From Candidatus Nanohalobium constans (GTDB lineage: Archaea; Nanohalarchaeota; Nanosalinia; Nanosalinales; Nanosalinaceae): DNA of 32,000 nt. Below, piece by piece: positions 1-7,870 of the stretch. The position numbers and the translations under genes were made by a program. The stretch spans positions 570,001 through 602,000 of the forward strand of contig NZ_CP040089.1 in assembly GCF_009617975.1 (NCBI RefSeq). Reading direction: 5' to 3'. Under the pieces are notes generated by a model, which ran no database searches, was not told the DNA's origin, and saw nothing but the letters and a program-made list of their open reading frames with translations. Positions within the stretch are counted from its first letter, which is position 1. Each line of letters starts with the position of its first letter.

Positions 1-2
1 AA

Positions 3-284
3 GACAGGATTGAAAGGTTAAGTGATGAGGAAGATTTCTATAGTGTAACAGTTGATATTGAGGCTTTGGCTGATTCTGAGGGTGTGATACCTGAAGGAAA
101 AGTCGATGAGATATATGATAAAGTTCACAGAATGCTGGAAGATTCTACTGCCGATGTAATTTACGCTGATGATGACTGGAAGACAATCGGAATAATAGGT
201 AACACTAACGAGATCAGGGCTCATTATGGAAACCATCTAGACAGCGTAGAGATAGAAGAGGGCTTACCAGGATACAAACTGTAA
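3..284 (+). CDS. C-terminal part of a hypothetical acidic protein (gene begins upstream of the window)
   Basis: Frame 3 is open from the window edge to the TAA at 282-284. The ORF-track start at 66 is only an internal TTG. No motif recognised. Confidence 0.5.
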   Translation, partial: DRIERLSDEEDFYSVTVDIEALADSEGVIPEGKVDEIYDKVHRMLEDSTADVIYADDDWKTIGIIGNTNEIRAHYGNHLDSVEIEEGLPGYKL

Positions 285-323
285 AGGGAAAAATGTTTGA
301 AACCAGATAATCCTGACTAATAT

Positions 324-1106
324 ATGAGCCAAGATACAAAAGATGTCGTCCAAACAGTGATCAAATCAGACGGAGAATTCTTGATAGCTAAGCGTTCTAA
401 AGATGATTACTGGGAGTTCATGGGTGGCAAAGTCAAAGAAGATGAAGACCTAGAAGAGGCTGCCATCCGTGAGATTAATGAGGAAACAAATCTCAGTTTG
501 GAAGAAGAGGATTTGAAAAACTTCAGGCGCGGTGACGCATACAGAAGCAAAGATAACGAAAAGTACAGGTTGAATCCAGTCCACTTTCGAATAGATGAAG
601 AAAAGAAAGATTCAATGACCGAGAAAGGTCTTTCAAACGAGCACACTGATTTTGAATGGATTGACTTAACCAAGTTTGATGAATATGATACTCTGGGCCA
701 GTACAGAGCTTTAGAGCACTTAGGCGTTGTGAATGGTAGGGTTGCTTTGGCCGCAGTCAGAAAAGACGGAAAGTATTTGTTTGTGAAGCGGAGTCCTGAG
801 AATTCTAGTGCTGGTAGATGGAGTTTTGTATCCGGAGGCATAGAGCCGGGAGAAAATCCAAAAGAAGCTGCCGTCCGAGAACTAAGAGAGGAGACCAGTT
901 TAGATGCTGAACCAGTCGAGAAAGGAGAGTTCTTTATCGGTGAAGGTGAAAAAGGCTTCTGGAGGCTTGAACCTGTACTGATGGATCATGTTTCTGGCGA
1001 AGTTGATTTGAACTGGGAACTTTCCGAGTTTGAGTGGTTGGAAGCTGAGGAGATTTCAGATTTCAAAACACTTGGAGATAATAAAGCAGTTGAAAACTGG
1101 GCATAA
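324..1106 (+). CDS. Tandem double-domain Nudix hydrolase
   Basis: Two Nudix boxes (GX5EX7REUXEEXGU): GKVKEDEDLEEAAIREINEETNL and GGIEPGENPKEAAVRELREETSL. ATG start, acidic composition. Confidence 0.85.
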   Translation: MSQDTKDVVQTVIKSDGEFLIAKRSKDDYWEFMGGKVKEDEDLEEAAIREINEETNLSLEEEDLKNFRRGDAYRSKDNEKYRLNPVHFRIDEEKKDSMTEKGLSNEHTDFEWIDLTKFDEYDTLGQYRALEHLGVVNGRVALAAVRKDGKYLFVKRSPENSSAGRWSFVSGGIEPGENPKEAAVRELREETSLDAEPVEKGEFFIGEGEKGFWRLEPVLMDHVSGEVDLNWELSEFEWLEAEEISDFKTLGDNKAVENWA

Positions 1107-1115
1107 TTTAGAGTT

Positions 1116-1508
1116 ATGGAATCGGATGAAGTCGCTGCAGCCATAGTATACAACCCGGAACTAGAGAAGTTTCTACTAGTCAAAAGGGCTGAGAATCGGG
1201 AAAGATTTCCAAATCACTGGGAGTTCCCATCCGGCTTCATCAAGGAAGGAGAAACCGTGGAAAACGCAGCACTCAGAGAACTTGAAGAAGAAACCGGTTT
1301 GAAAGGAGAGATAGTTCGAAGCGGCGAAAGCTTCCCTATAGAGATTCCCAAAGTACATGTACACCCAGTCCTAGTTAGAACAGATAGTGAGGATATAGAA
1401 TTGTCTAGAGAACATACAAATTTTCGATGGGTTGAGAGAAGCGATTTAGAAGTTCTGAAAACAGTACCTAAACTGAAGCAGGATTTAGAGAATGTAGGAG
1501 TTAAGTAA
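1116..1508 (+). CDS. Nudix hydrolase (single domain)
   Basis: Canonical Nudix box GFIKEGETVENAALRELEEETGL. Lies 9 nt after the previous Nudix gene. Confidence 0.85.
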   Translation: MESDEVAAAIVYNPELEKFLLVKRAENRERFPNHWEFPSGFIKEGETVENAALRELEEETGLKGEIVRSGESFPIEIPKVHVHPVLVRTDSEDIELSREHTNFRWVERSDLEVLKTVPKLKQDLENVGVK

Positions 1509-1527
1509 AGAGGAGAGTAGAAAAATA
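1509..1527 (-). terminator. Pyrimidine/T-rich tract after the 5S rRNA 3' end
   Basis: In minus sense the 5S helix I 3' strand is followed by GACTATTTTTCTACTCTCCTCT, with an oligo-T run, as expected for archaeal intrinsic termination. Confidence 0.4.
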
Positions 1528-1643
1528 GTCAGGCAACGTCCTGATTGTCCCGCCGAAAGGCAGTACCGATCAGATCGATGGAAGACTTTACTACCGTGTT
1601 CGGAATGGGTACGGGTGTTGCCCTTCCTCTTTGGTCGCCTGTA
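1528..1643 (-). rRNA. 5S ribosomal RNA (stand-alone; ends approximate to a few nt)
   Basis: The reverse complement reads AGGCGACCAAAGAGGAAGGGCAACACCCGTACCCATTCCGAACACGGTAGTAAAGTCTTCC...GGTACTGCCTTTCGGCGGGACAATCAGGACGTTGCCT. The CCCGUACCCAUYCCGAACACGG core matches haloarchaeal 5S as I remember it. Helix I pairs AGGCGAC (1634-1640) with GTTGCCT (1531-1537), and a GAAA/UUUC-capped helix is present. Confidence 0.88.
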
Positions 1644-1665
1644 ACCAAACATATACACCCTACTC

Positions 1666-1672
1666 TTATAAA
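1666..1672 (-). promoter_or_regulatory. TATA-like box for the 5S rRNA
   Basis: TTTATAA in minus sense, about 25 nt upstream of the predicted 5S 5' end. Confidence 0.45.
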
Positions 1673-1728
1673 CCCTAAAGGAGAGGGAGGGCAGAAGACT
1701 TTTTATCAAAAGTCTCCAAAAAACCAAT

Positions 1729-1974
1729 ATGACCAATTTTCGTGGAAGCAGTGAAGGAGGATTTCTGAAAAAGTTCTTCGACAAGTCAGTGATCTTCGAC
1801 CTATTCGTCCTAGGAGTCCTGGCTTTGGATGCTTATCTGCTTCAGCAGACCGGTACTTTCTCCAGCTCTGGGATCACACAGTTCCCTCCGCAGAGCATTG
1901 AAATCCTGGCAGCCCAGTTGACAGCCTTGCTGATTGTGATGAAAGTTTTGAACGCATACATCGACAGTGAATAA
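1729..1974 (+). CDS. Small hypothetical membrane protein
   Basis: 81-aa ATG ORF with one clear hydrophobic segment (VIFDLFVLGVLALDAYLL). Fills the gap between the 5S gene and the convergent LMF-like gene. No homology recognised. Confidence 0.35.
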   Translation: MTNFRGSSEGGFLKKFFDKSVIFDLFVLGVLALDAYLLQQTGTFSSSGITQFPPQSIEILAAQLTALLIVMKVLNAYIDSE

Positions 1975-1978
1975 CAGT

Positions 1979-3352
1979 TTAATTCACTGTATGCAGTACT
2001 TCTTTCTTTTCTCGTTTCCAGTAGTTGCCGGTTTGTTTCTTTTCTTCTGGATCAGTGAACTCGTATCTGTATTTTACAGCTCTTACTCTTTCAGGAGGTT
2101 TCTGGAAAGGAATGGATCTGTAAAGAGTCAGTGTTTTTCCTTCATGTTCCAAAGTTTTCTCCAGTAGTCGATTCAACCAGTCACTTTGCTCTATTTCCTC
2201 ATTCACATAGAAGTAGAGAATATACTCCAGCATGTGATGGTTCGGTGCTATTTGAACCGGCTTTCTATCTTTTTCCCGAAAGCTTGAGTGAAGCTCGTAC
2301 TCTTTCCACTCACCGTTTTTCTCGCCTTCTATACCTATCTCAAAGTGCTTCTCCATAACTTTAGGGAATGCTCCATATGAGTTGCCGACATTGAAGGGGT
2401 TGTAGCTGGTGTTCTGAGCAGGTTTTCTTGAGAAAAAGTTCAGAATCGGGTTTATACTGAAGATGGCGAGCAAAATCATGGAAATGGTCAGAAAACCAGA
2501 GTAAGGATAGGAAGAAGCCGAGCCTGTAGCCAGACCAGTGATGCTTTGGACAATACTGTCATTTAATGTGCTGAGTGCTAGTACAGCTGTAATCAGGTTA
2601 AGCCAGGCATAGTTTCCGGAGACAAAGATCAGAATTTGGAACACTATTGTCAGAATTCCGGCTATAGCGGCAAATGGCTGTGGCATAAAGTAGATGAACG
2701 GAAGAAAAAGCATTGGTAACTGAATCAGAACTGTCAAATATTCTAGAACTTTATCTGGGAGACTGTGGATCTTCCAGCTTAACGGACCTGGGAAAGGCTG
2801 CGACTCAAAATGAGTTTTTAAAGCATCTAGAGTTCTCCATTCTTCTCCGCCTCTAAGTTTAACAATAGCTGATCCCAGCATCATCCTAAATACTATCCAT
2901 CGAAAAGCCAGTATGACTAGGAAAGATGTCTCAACAGAAGCATTACCCAAAAATATAGCTATAAAACCTGCCTCAGCCAGCATCAACTCCCAACCCGGCC
3001 TTGTAAAAACGCCTCCAAAGTTAACAAAAGAAGTAAACAACACCCACAAAGCAATCCACACTACTGTTACAGAAAAAGAACTCAAAAACTCGGTCATACC
3101 TGTTAAAATCGTTAAAGACAGTAAGATACCAGTCAAAGCTGAAAAATTAATGAATTTCTTCGATGAGTTAAAGTGAAAGAGGCTGAAGTATTCCCAAAAC
3201 TGTTCATCTCTTTGCTTGACGGGATCAAGACCATTTCTGCCTGCAAGAGCTGAGTATTGAGTGTAAAAAATATAGAAGGCTATTAAGTAAGTCAACCCTA
3301 GGCCTCGAGCCAGTAAAAACCCAACTAACTCGAATCCCTGTCCTTCAAACAT
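1979..3352 (-). CDS. Lipase maturation factor (LMF1)/HTTM-like polytopic membrane protein
   Basis: N-terminus LARGLGLTYLIAFYIFYTQYSALAGRNGLDPV and C-terminus PFQKPPERVRAVKYRYEFTDPEEKKQTGNYWKRE match the LMF family pattern as I remember it. Multiple TM helices. Confidence 0.7.
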   Translation of the reverse strand: MFEGQGFELVGFLLARGLGLTYLIAFYIFYTQYSALAGRNGLDPVKQRDEQFWEYFSLFHFNSSKKFINFSALTGILLSLTILTGMTEFLSSFSVTVVWIALWVLFTSFVNFGGVFTRPGWELMLAEAGFIAIFLGNASVETSFLVILAFRWIVFRMMLGSAIVKLRGGEEWRTLDALKTHFESQPFPGPLSWKIHSLPDKVLEYLTVLIQLPMLFLPFIYFMPQPFAAIAGILTIVFQILIFVSGNYAWLNLITAVLALSTLNDSIVQSITGLATGSASSYPYSGFLTISMILLAIFSINPILNFFSRKPAQNTSYNPFNVGNSYGAFPKVMEKHFEIGIEGEKNGEWKEYELHSSFREKDRKPVQIAPNHHMLEYILYFYVNEEIEQSDWLNRLLEKTLEHEGKTLTLYRSIPFQKPPERVRAVKYRYEFTDPEEKKQTGNYWKREKKEVLHTVN

Positions 3353-3388
3353 ATGTTGTAAAGCCGCAACCTATCGATAAAAAATCAC

Positions 3389-3811
3389 TCAAAAACTATC
3401 CACCAGTTCCTTCATCCTGCCCTCAGGGATCCGAGAAGAAACAAGTTCATCCTTGTACAACCCACATCCAATAACTCTGCCCTGAAACTTCAGAGCGATG
3501 TATCCTTTCTTACCCATAGTTCTCTGAATCATACCTCCTTCCTCAAGCGTCTTCATTTCCTTTTCGTTAACTTCTATAACATTCCTGCTTATTTCATCGT
3601 CTAGCAATTGAAGCAAGTAGGTAGTAGGCTTCAAACCTATATCCATAACCCTAACTGCTCTAATACCTTCAGTCTCAAACTCCAGATTAGATTCTTCTGA
3701 TGAGGTAAGCCAGAAATCGCCAGAAATCTCTTTGAGAGTTAATTCTTTCGTTTCAACTCCAAATCTTTCCTCTAAGTATTTTTTCGCTTTATTTCTTGAA
3801 TTTGGCAACAT
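3389..3811 (-). CDS. PUA-like / RsmF-type C-terminal RNA-binding domain protein (detached from the methyltransferase)
   Basis: KGYIALKFQGRVIGCGLYKDE resembles the C-terminal domain normally fused to NOL1/NOP2/Sun methyltransferases. Own ATG, overlaps the upstream MTase gene by 23 nt in the +1 frame. Confidence 0.6.
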   Translation of the reverse strand: MLPNSRNKAKKYLEERFGVETKELTLKEISGDFWLTSSEESNLEFETEGIRAVRVMDIGLKPTTYLLQLLDDEISRNVIEVNEKEMKTLEEGGMIQRTMGKKGYIALKFQGRVIGCGLYKDELVSSRIPEGRMKELVDSF

Positions 3812-4658
3812 AGATCACCCCTGAATTCAAGTGGTGCGGATAGACTCTGACAGTTTTACTCATTTTAGCGCCAAATTCTTCATCTTCGAAGCTGGAGACT
3901 CCTCTGACATGTTCTGCGTCTGTTTCAATTTTCTCCAGTTCTAAATCAGTTTCTTCAATTACTTTGGAAACTACTTTTTCGTTTTCCGTAGGCGTTATAG
4001 TGCAGGTAGAGTAAACTATTACTCCTCCTTCTTTAACCAGTTTTTCAGCTTTCTTCATCAAGTCCTGTTGTAATCGAGATAGTCCTACGCTCTCACCCTT
4101 GTCTGCAGCCTCAAAATTCCTGTAGTATCTATCTCCTTCGCCACTGCAAGGAGCATCAACCAAGATCCGGTCAAATTTTTCGTCTTCCGGAATATTTCTG
4201 CCATCGTAGTTTGAAGCAGAGACGATCTTGCTTCCAGTTCTGTAAACATTAGCATGAAGGCTTTTCATCCTCTGAGCCGACTCATCGTTAGCCACAACCA
4301 AGCCCTCGTTGTTCATTCTGGCTGCCATCTGCGTGGCTTTACCTCCCGGCGCAGCACACATATCAAGGACTTTCTCACCTGGCTGAGGATCCATAATCGT
4401 GACTGGAAGTGCTGCTGACTCTTCCTGGACATAGTACTCTCCTCTCCAGTGAAGCATCGACTTTCCAGGCGTCTCAGTGCTGACTCTGTGGACATTTTCG
4501 TTCCAAGAACTTTTCTCGTAGTCAAATTTCTGACCTAGTTTCTCCTCGAAATCATCTTTGGATTTTAGAGGATTTCTTCGGATTCCCTGCAGCGGATGGT
4601 TATCTGCCTGTTCTTTGAATGCATTCCAGTCGTCGATTAAAGGTTTGTATCTATCCAA
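3789..4658 (-). CDS. NOL1/NOP2/Sun-family RNA (cytosine-C5)-methyltransferase
   Basis: SAM-binding motif DMCAAPGGKATQMA, catalytic motif IV VDAPCSGEG and motif VI VYSTCT. Ends ...GVIYVAKFKK. Confidence 0.9.
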   Translation of the reverse strand: MDRYKPLIDDWNAFKEQADNHPLQGIRRNPLKSKDDFEEKLGQKFDYEKSSWNENVHRVSTETPGKSMLHWRGEYYVQEESAALPVTIMDPQPGEKVLDMCAAPGGKATQMAARMNNEGLVVANDESAQRMKSLHANVYRTGSKIVSASNYDGRNIPEDEKFDRILVDAPCSGEGDRYYRNFEAADKGESVGLSRLQQDLMKKAEKLVKEGGVIVYSTCTITPTENEKVVSKVIEETDLELEKIETDAEHVRGVSSFEDEEFGAKMSKTVRVYPHHLNSGVIYVAKFKK

Positions 4659-5188
4659 TTTCCACTCACTTCCATTTTTTCAATTGCTTCATTGATTTCG
4701 CCTTCGGCTAAGCCTTCAGGGAAGACTTTTTGATCGCCTCTCCCTGCGTGTTGACTTAAAATTCTTAGCTTTTTCGATAAGTTCTTATTATCATCTGAAA
4801 AATCTTGATCGCCAAATTCAGCACCCGGATATTTTTTAACGAGGTGTCGAAAGTCTCGAGGCTTCAATTGGTCTTTAGTCGCAAATCCGTCAGGGTACTC
4901 ATTACTAGGATCTAGGCAGATTTCTCCTTTTCCACCTAAATACTCAGAGTACAAGTCTGTTAGAGCATGAAGGACGAAATCCATGAGCCCGTTATAACTT
5001 CTTTCTGAAACCGGTTCCGACCACTCGTACTCAGACTCTAGAACAACTTCTAGTTCATCGGCATCTTGAGCATCTTCTAAACTATCTTTTTCTTCTCCAG
5101 AATCATCTTCAAGATATACTGATACTAAATCTTCTTCATAGAGAGATCTCAGTAACTGACCCTCATGAGCTTCGGAGACCTGAGACAT
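4637..5188 (-). CDS. Hypothetical acidic protein
   Basis: 183-aa ATG ORF with halophile-type acidic composition. Its 3' end overlaps the MTase start by 22 nt (operon-like). Confidence 0.6.
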   Translation of the reverse strand: MSQVSEAHEGQLLRSLYEEDLVSVYLEDDSGEEKDSLEDAQDADELEVVLESEYEWSEPVSERSYNGLMDFVLHALTDLYSEYLGGKGEICLDPSNEYPDGFATKDQLKPRDFRHLVKKYPGAEFGDQDFSDDNKNLSKKLRILSQHAGRGDQKVFPEGLAEGEINEAIEKMEVSGNWIDTNL

Positions 5189-5228
5189 AATTAACTAATT
5201 GAAACGAAAACTTCAAAACAGATAATCC

Positions 5229-5795
5229 TTAGAGATCACTCAACTTCTGCTGCCCAGTATCTTCCTTTCCCAGTGCTTTACGCAGGTCTTTTTCCAGGTC
5301 TGGTGTTTTGCTTCTGTCGTAGAGGGTTGCTGCCGGGTGGTATACTGGCATTATTTTTCTTCCTTCTCTGCTGAATATTCGGCCGTGTATCTGGCTTATG
5401 CCTTTCTTTGTGTCTAGCATTTCTTTGGATGCGAAGTTGCCTAGTGTAAGGATTATATCAGGGTCGACTGCCTCTATCTCTTCTTCGAGGAGTGGCGCCC
5501 ATGCTTCTATCTCTTCTTTTTTCGGATCTCTGTTGTCTGGTGGACGGATCTTGACGAGGTTGGTGATGTAGAGTTCGTCTCTGTCTGCTCCGATATCTCT
5601 AAGCACATCGTTCATTTTTTCCCCTGCTCTGCCGACGAAAGGCTCGCCTTCTTCTACTTCGTTGGCTCCTGGTGCTTCGCCTACAAGCATAACCTCTGCG
5701 TCTTCTGGACCTACTGCCGGGACGAACCTTTCTTCTTCCCAGTAGTCGGGATGCAGTGTTTCGAAGAAATCGCCGTATTTTTCTTTGAAGGTCAT
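5229..5795 (-). CDS. Uracil-DNA glycosylase, family 4-like (no cysteines)
   Basis: Motif A LVGEAPGANEVEEGEPFVGRAG, NLVKIRPPDNRDP, motif B VYHPAA. The protein contains no Cys at all. Confidence 0.85.
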   Translation of the reverse strand: MTFKEKYGDFFETLHPDYWEEERFVPAVGPEDAEVMLVGEAPGANEVEEGEPFVGRAGEKMNDVLRDIGADRDELYITNLVKIRPPDNRDPKKEEIEAWAPLLEEEIEAVDPDIILTLGNFASKEMLDTKKGISQIHGRIFSREGRKIMPVYHPAATLYDRSKTPDLEKDLRKALGKEDTGQQKLSDL

Positions 5796-5856
5796 AATTT
5801 ATGTTTCAGTGGGAAGACTATTTTTAGTCTAACTAAAAAGAAGGGGAAAAGGTTTT

Positions 5857-6354
5857 TCAGAGGAAAGGTGTGTACAACCTGACCCCTGCAAAGACTAAGG
5901 CACCTATAACTGTTAATCCGATTCCAGGTACTGCAGCTGCCAGAACCGCTCTACTCCATTCAAGCTGGTGGACCTCACTCAAAGCCTTGATCTGCAGGAA
6001 AAACACTGCCGGCAAACCCAGGATATTCACGCCGGGAACAGAGCCAACAAGCGAATGCGGAGTAAGGAAAGCAAAAACTTTGTAGGTCTCCTCATACCTT
6101 CTACCTCCAAAATAATAGATCAAAGGATGTACTGACACAGCCGACATCGCCGGACCGATTAAACCTATTAAAACCCCTGTAGTAGCTAGTATAGGAATCT
6201 GAATCATTGAGATAAAGTCCAGGTAAAGGAGTTGGAGTGAAATTAATAGTCCTAACGCTAAACCTGAAGTTGCTGAGGTTTTGAGACCTTCACTGAAGCC
6301 AGGTTCAGAGTTTTTGATTGTTTCTTCTGGTATTTTGATTATCTTTTCTACCAT
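5857..6354 (-). CDS. Hypothetical polytopic membrane protein
   Basis: 165-aa ATG ORF with 4-5 hydrophobic helices. No family recognised. Confidence 0.6.
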   Translation of the reverse strand: MVEKIIKIPEETIKNSEPGFSEGLKTSATSGLALGLLISLQLLYLDFISMIQIPILATTGVLIGLIGPAMSAVSVHPLIYYFGGRRYEETYKVFAFLTPHSLVGSVPGVNILGLPAVFFLQIKALSEVHQLEWSRAVLAAAVPGIGLTVIGALVFAGVRLYTPFL

Positions 6355-6404
6355 GTTTTGACTGCGCCAACAGAGATATAAAAATTTTCTGCAAATTCGG
6401 AATT

Positions 6405-6911
6405 ATGGGTTTGTTGCCGTTTACTTATGACGAAACTATCTCAGAATATGGTCCTGACTCAATGCCAAGTGAATTAGACCCCAATGGGTTTTATGTAGAA
6501 GCACCGGGCGGTTTTAATGAGTCAGATTTCCAGAAAATGGTTGAAGATTATGCCGAATCAGATGAACGGTTGAATAGCAGAGGAACTCTAGTTGAAACAG
6601 CCCGTAGTATCGTTGAGGGCGAAGATCCATTATTTTGGATTGCGACAGCACCAATCGGAGCTCCGACAGTTACTGCAATGGATAAGATATTCTCAGCTTA
6701 TAGAGAAACAACATTTCCAGAAAGGATTAATTCTCACGAGAGGGTTTTTGAAGAGACCAAATACGATCTTCCGCAAGTTAATGCAGAATTCTGGTATGTT
6801 GAAAACGAAGACAAGAGAGGTTTCTATATTACACCAGAAAGAAATGAAGATGAACTAGATGAAACTGTTAGGGAGTTTGTAAGAGATGTTGTAACCTCTT
6901 TCTCTGCCTAA
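6405..6911 (+). CDS. Hypothetical acidic protein
   Basis: 168-aa ATG ORF with a TATA-like GATATAAAAAT about 25 nt upstream (leaderless layout). No motif recognised. Confidence 0.6.
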   Translation: MGLLPFTYDETISEYGPDSMPSELDPNGFYVEAPGGFNESDFQKMVEDYAESDERLNSRGTLVETARSIVEGEDPLFWIATAPIGAPTVTAMDKIFSAYRETTFPERINSHERVFEETKYDLPQVNAEFWYVENEDKRGFYITPERNEDELDETVREFVRDVVTSFSA

Positions 6912-7240
6912 TATACTTCATCTATCTTCGCAGCCATGATAAAATCATTCTCGTGAAGACCATCAATCTTGTGCGTGTAAAGCTTGACTGTAGCTTTACC
7001 CCATGTAAAATCATTGATTACTGGGTGATGTCCCTGTTCTTCAGCGATTTCACCAACTTTGTTAACAAAGTCTAATGCCTCTTGAAAATCCTCGAATTCG
7101 AATTCTCTCTTGATGTGATGGTTGTCTTCTAACTCCCAGTCGTCGTGGAGTTCATCCATTTTTTGAAGTGCTTCGGTTGCCTTAAGTTTTTCTGCGTCGC
7201 CGCTGCAAGCCGTACATACTTGACCAGAAAGATTAGCCAT
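6908..7240 (-). CDS. Pterin-4-alpha-carbinolamine dehydratase (4a-hydroxytetrahydrobiopterin dehydratase)
   Basis: Family signature ...REFEFEDFQEALDFVNKVGEIAEEQGHHPVI...VKLYTHKIDGLHENDFIMAAKID. Confidence 0.85.
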   Translation of the reverse strand: MANLSGQVCTACSGDAEKLKATEALQKMDELHDDWELEDNHHIKREFEFEDFQEALDFVNKVGEIAEEQGHHPVINDFTWGKATVKLYTHKIDGLHENDFIMAAKIDEVY

Positions 7241-7325
7241 ATATTAAAATTTGAGTAGTAGGAAAATAAACCCTTAGATGTCACTAAAAAGTAACATCTA
7301 AATAGTTTGAGATTAACACTTTCTT

Positions 7326-7778
7326 GTGGCTGAAGACGGCGAAATAGATGAAGTTTCTCTTATCAAGGCAGCTGGACTCACATCTCCCAGATTCAGAAGT
7401 ATAGAAGATATCAATGAGCTGCTGAGAAAAAACTCGGATATAAGTCAGAAGCAGCGAAACAAAGCTCAAGCCATACTTGACTTCCAAAAATATTGCGAAA
7501 AATCCTTTAACGATCAAGATGAGAACTATAGGGAGGAAATTAGGGATGCGCTTGACAGAGCCAAAGACAACTTCGAAGATAGTTCAAAACTGGTATTCCT
7601 CTCCGATCAACAGTATTTAGAAGATGTAAAACTCAAGTACGAGGAGTTGAAAATGTCTCAGGCAGTAATCGAAGTTGAGGAGAAAACAGGCGCAGAATTT
7701 TCCGAAGAAGAGGAACTAGAAGCGAAAGAAGAAGCATTCATCAAATACATCACAGGGGAAGAATACCAGACAAATTAA
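7326..7778 (+). CDS. Hypothetical acidic, probably coiled-coil protein
   Basis: 150-aa ORF with a GTG start and E/K-rich helical composition. No motif recognised. Confidence 0.5.
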   Translation: MAEDGEIDEVSLIKAAGLTSPRFRSIEDINELLRKNSDISQKQRNKAQAILDFQKYCEKSFNDQDENYREEIRDALDRAKDNFEDSSKLVFLSDQQYLEDVKLKYEELKMSQAVIEVEEKTGAEFSEEEELEAKEEAFIKYITGEEYQTN

Positions 7779-7870
7779 GTTATCCTAAAAAACCGGTCCA
7801 GCCCTCCTCCAATTCTCAGCAAGAGATTAAACATCCGGATTTAAACAAGAGTAAAACCAATCTGTAACAC

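Noticed and set aside
21-34. 14-nt repeat AGTGATGAGGAAGA at 21-34 and 23670-23683. It contains a box C-like GUGAUGA, so I considered a C/D box sRNA.
   Set aside because: The first copy is inside a coding frame. Near the second copy there is no CUGA D box or terminal stem at the right spacing. A single 14-mer coincidence is not unlikely in 32 kb on both strands.
305-315. 11-nt CAGATAATCCT shared by the intergenic regions at 305-315 and 5213-5223.
   Set aside because: Its orientation relative to the downstream genes is opposite in the two places, and the match is short, so it is probably chance.
1485-1784. ORFs 1485-1784 (-) and 1545-1754 (+). I first took the GNRA-capped stems here for a possible SRP or RNase P RNA.
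   Set aside because: The minus strand is a clear 5S rRNA, so the ORFs are artefacts. No SRP (GGAAGCAGCCA-like) or RNase P (GAGGAAAGUCC) signature is present.
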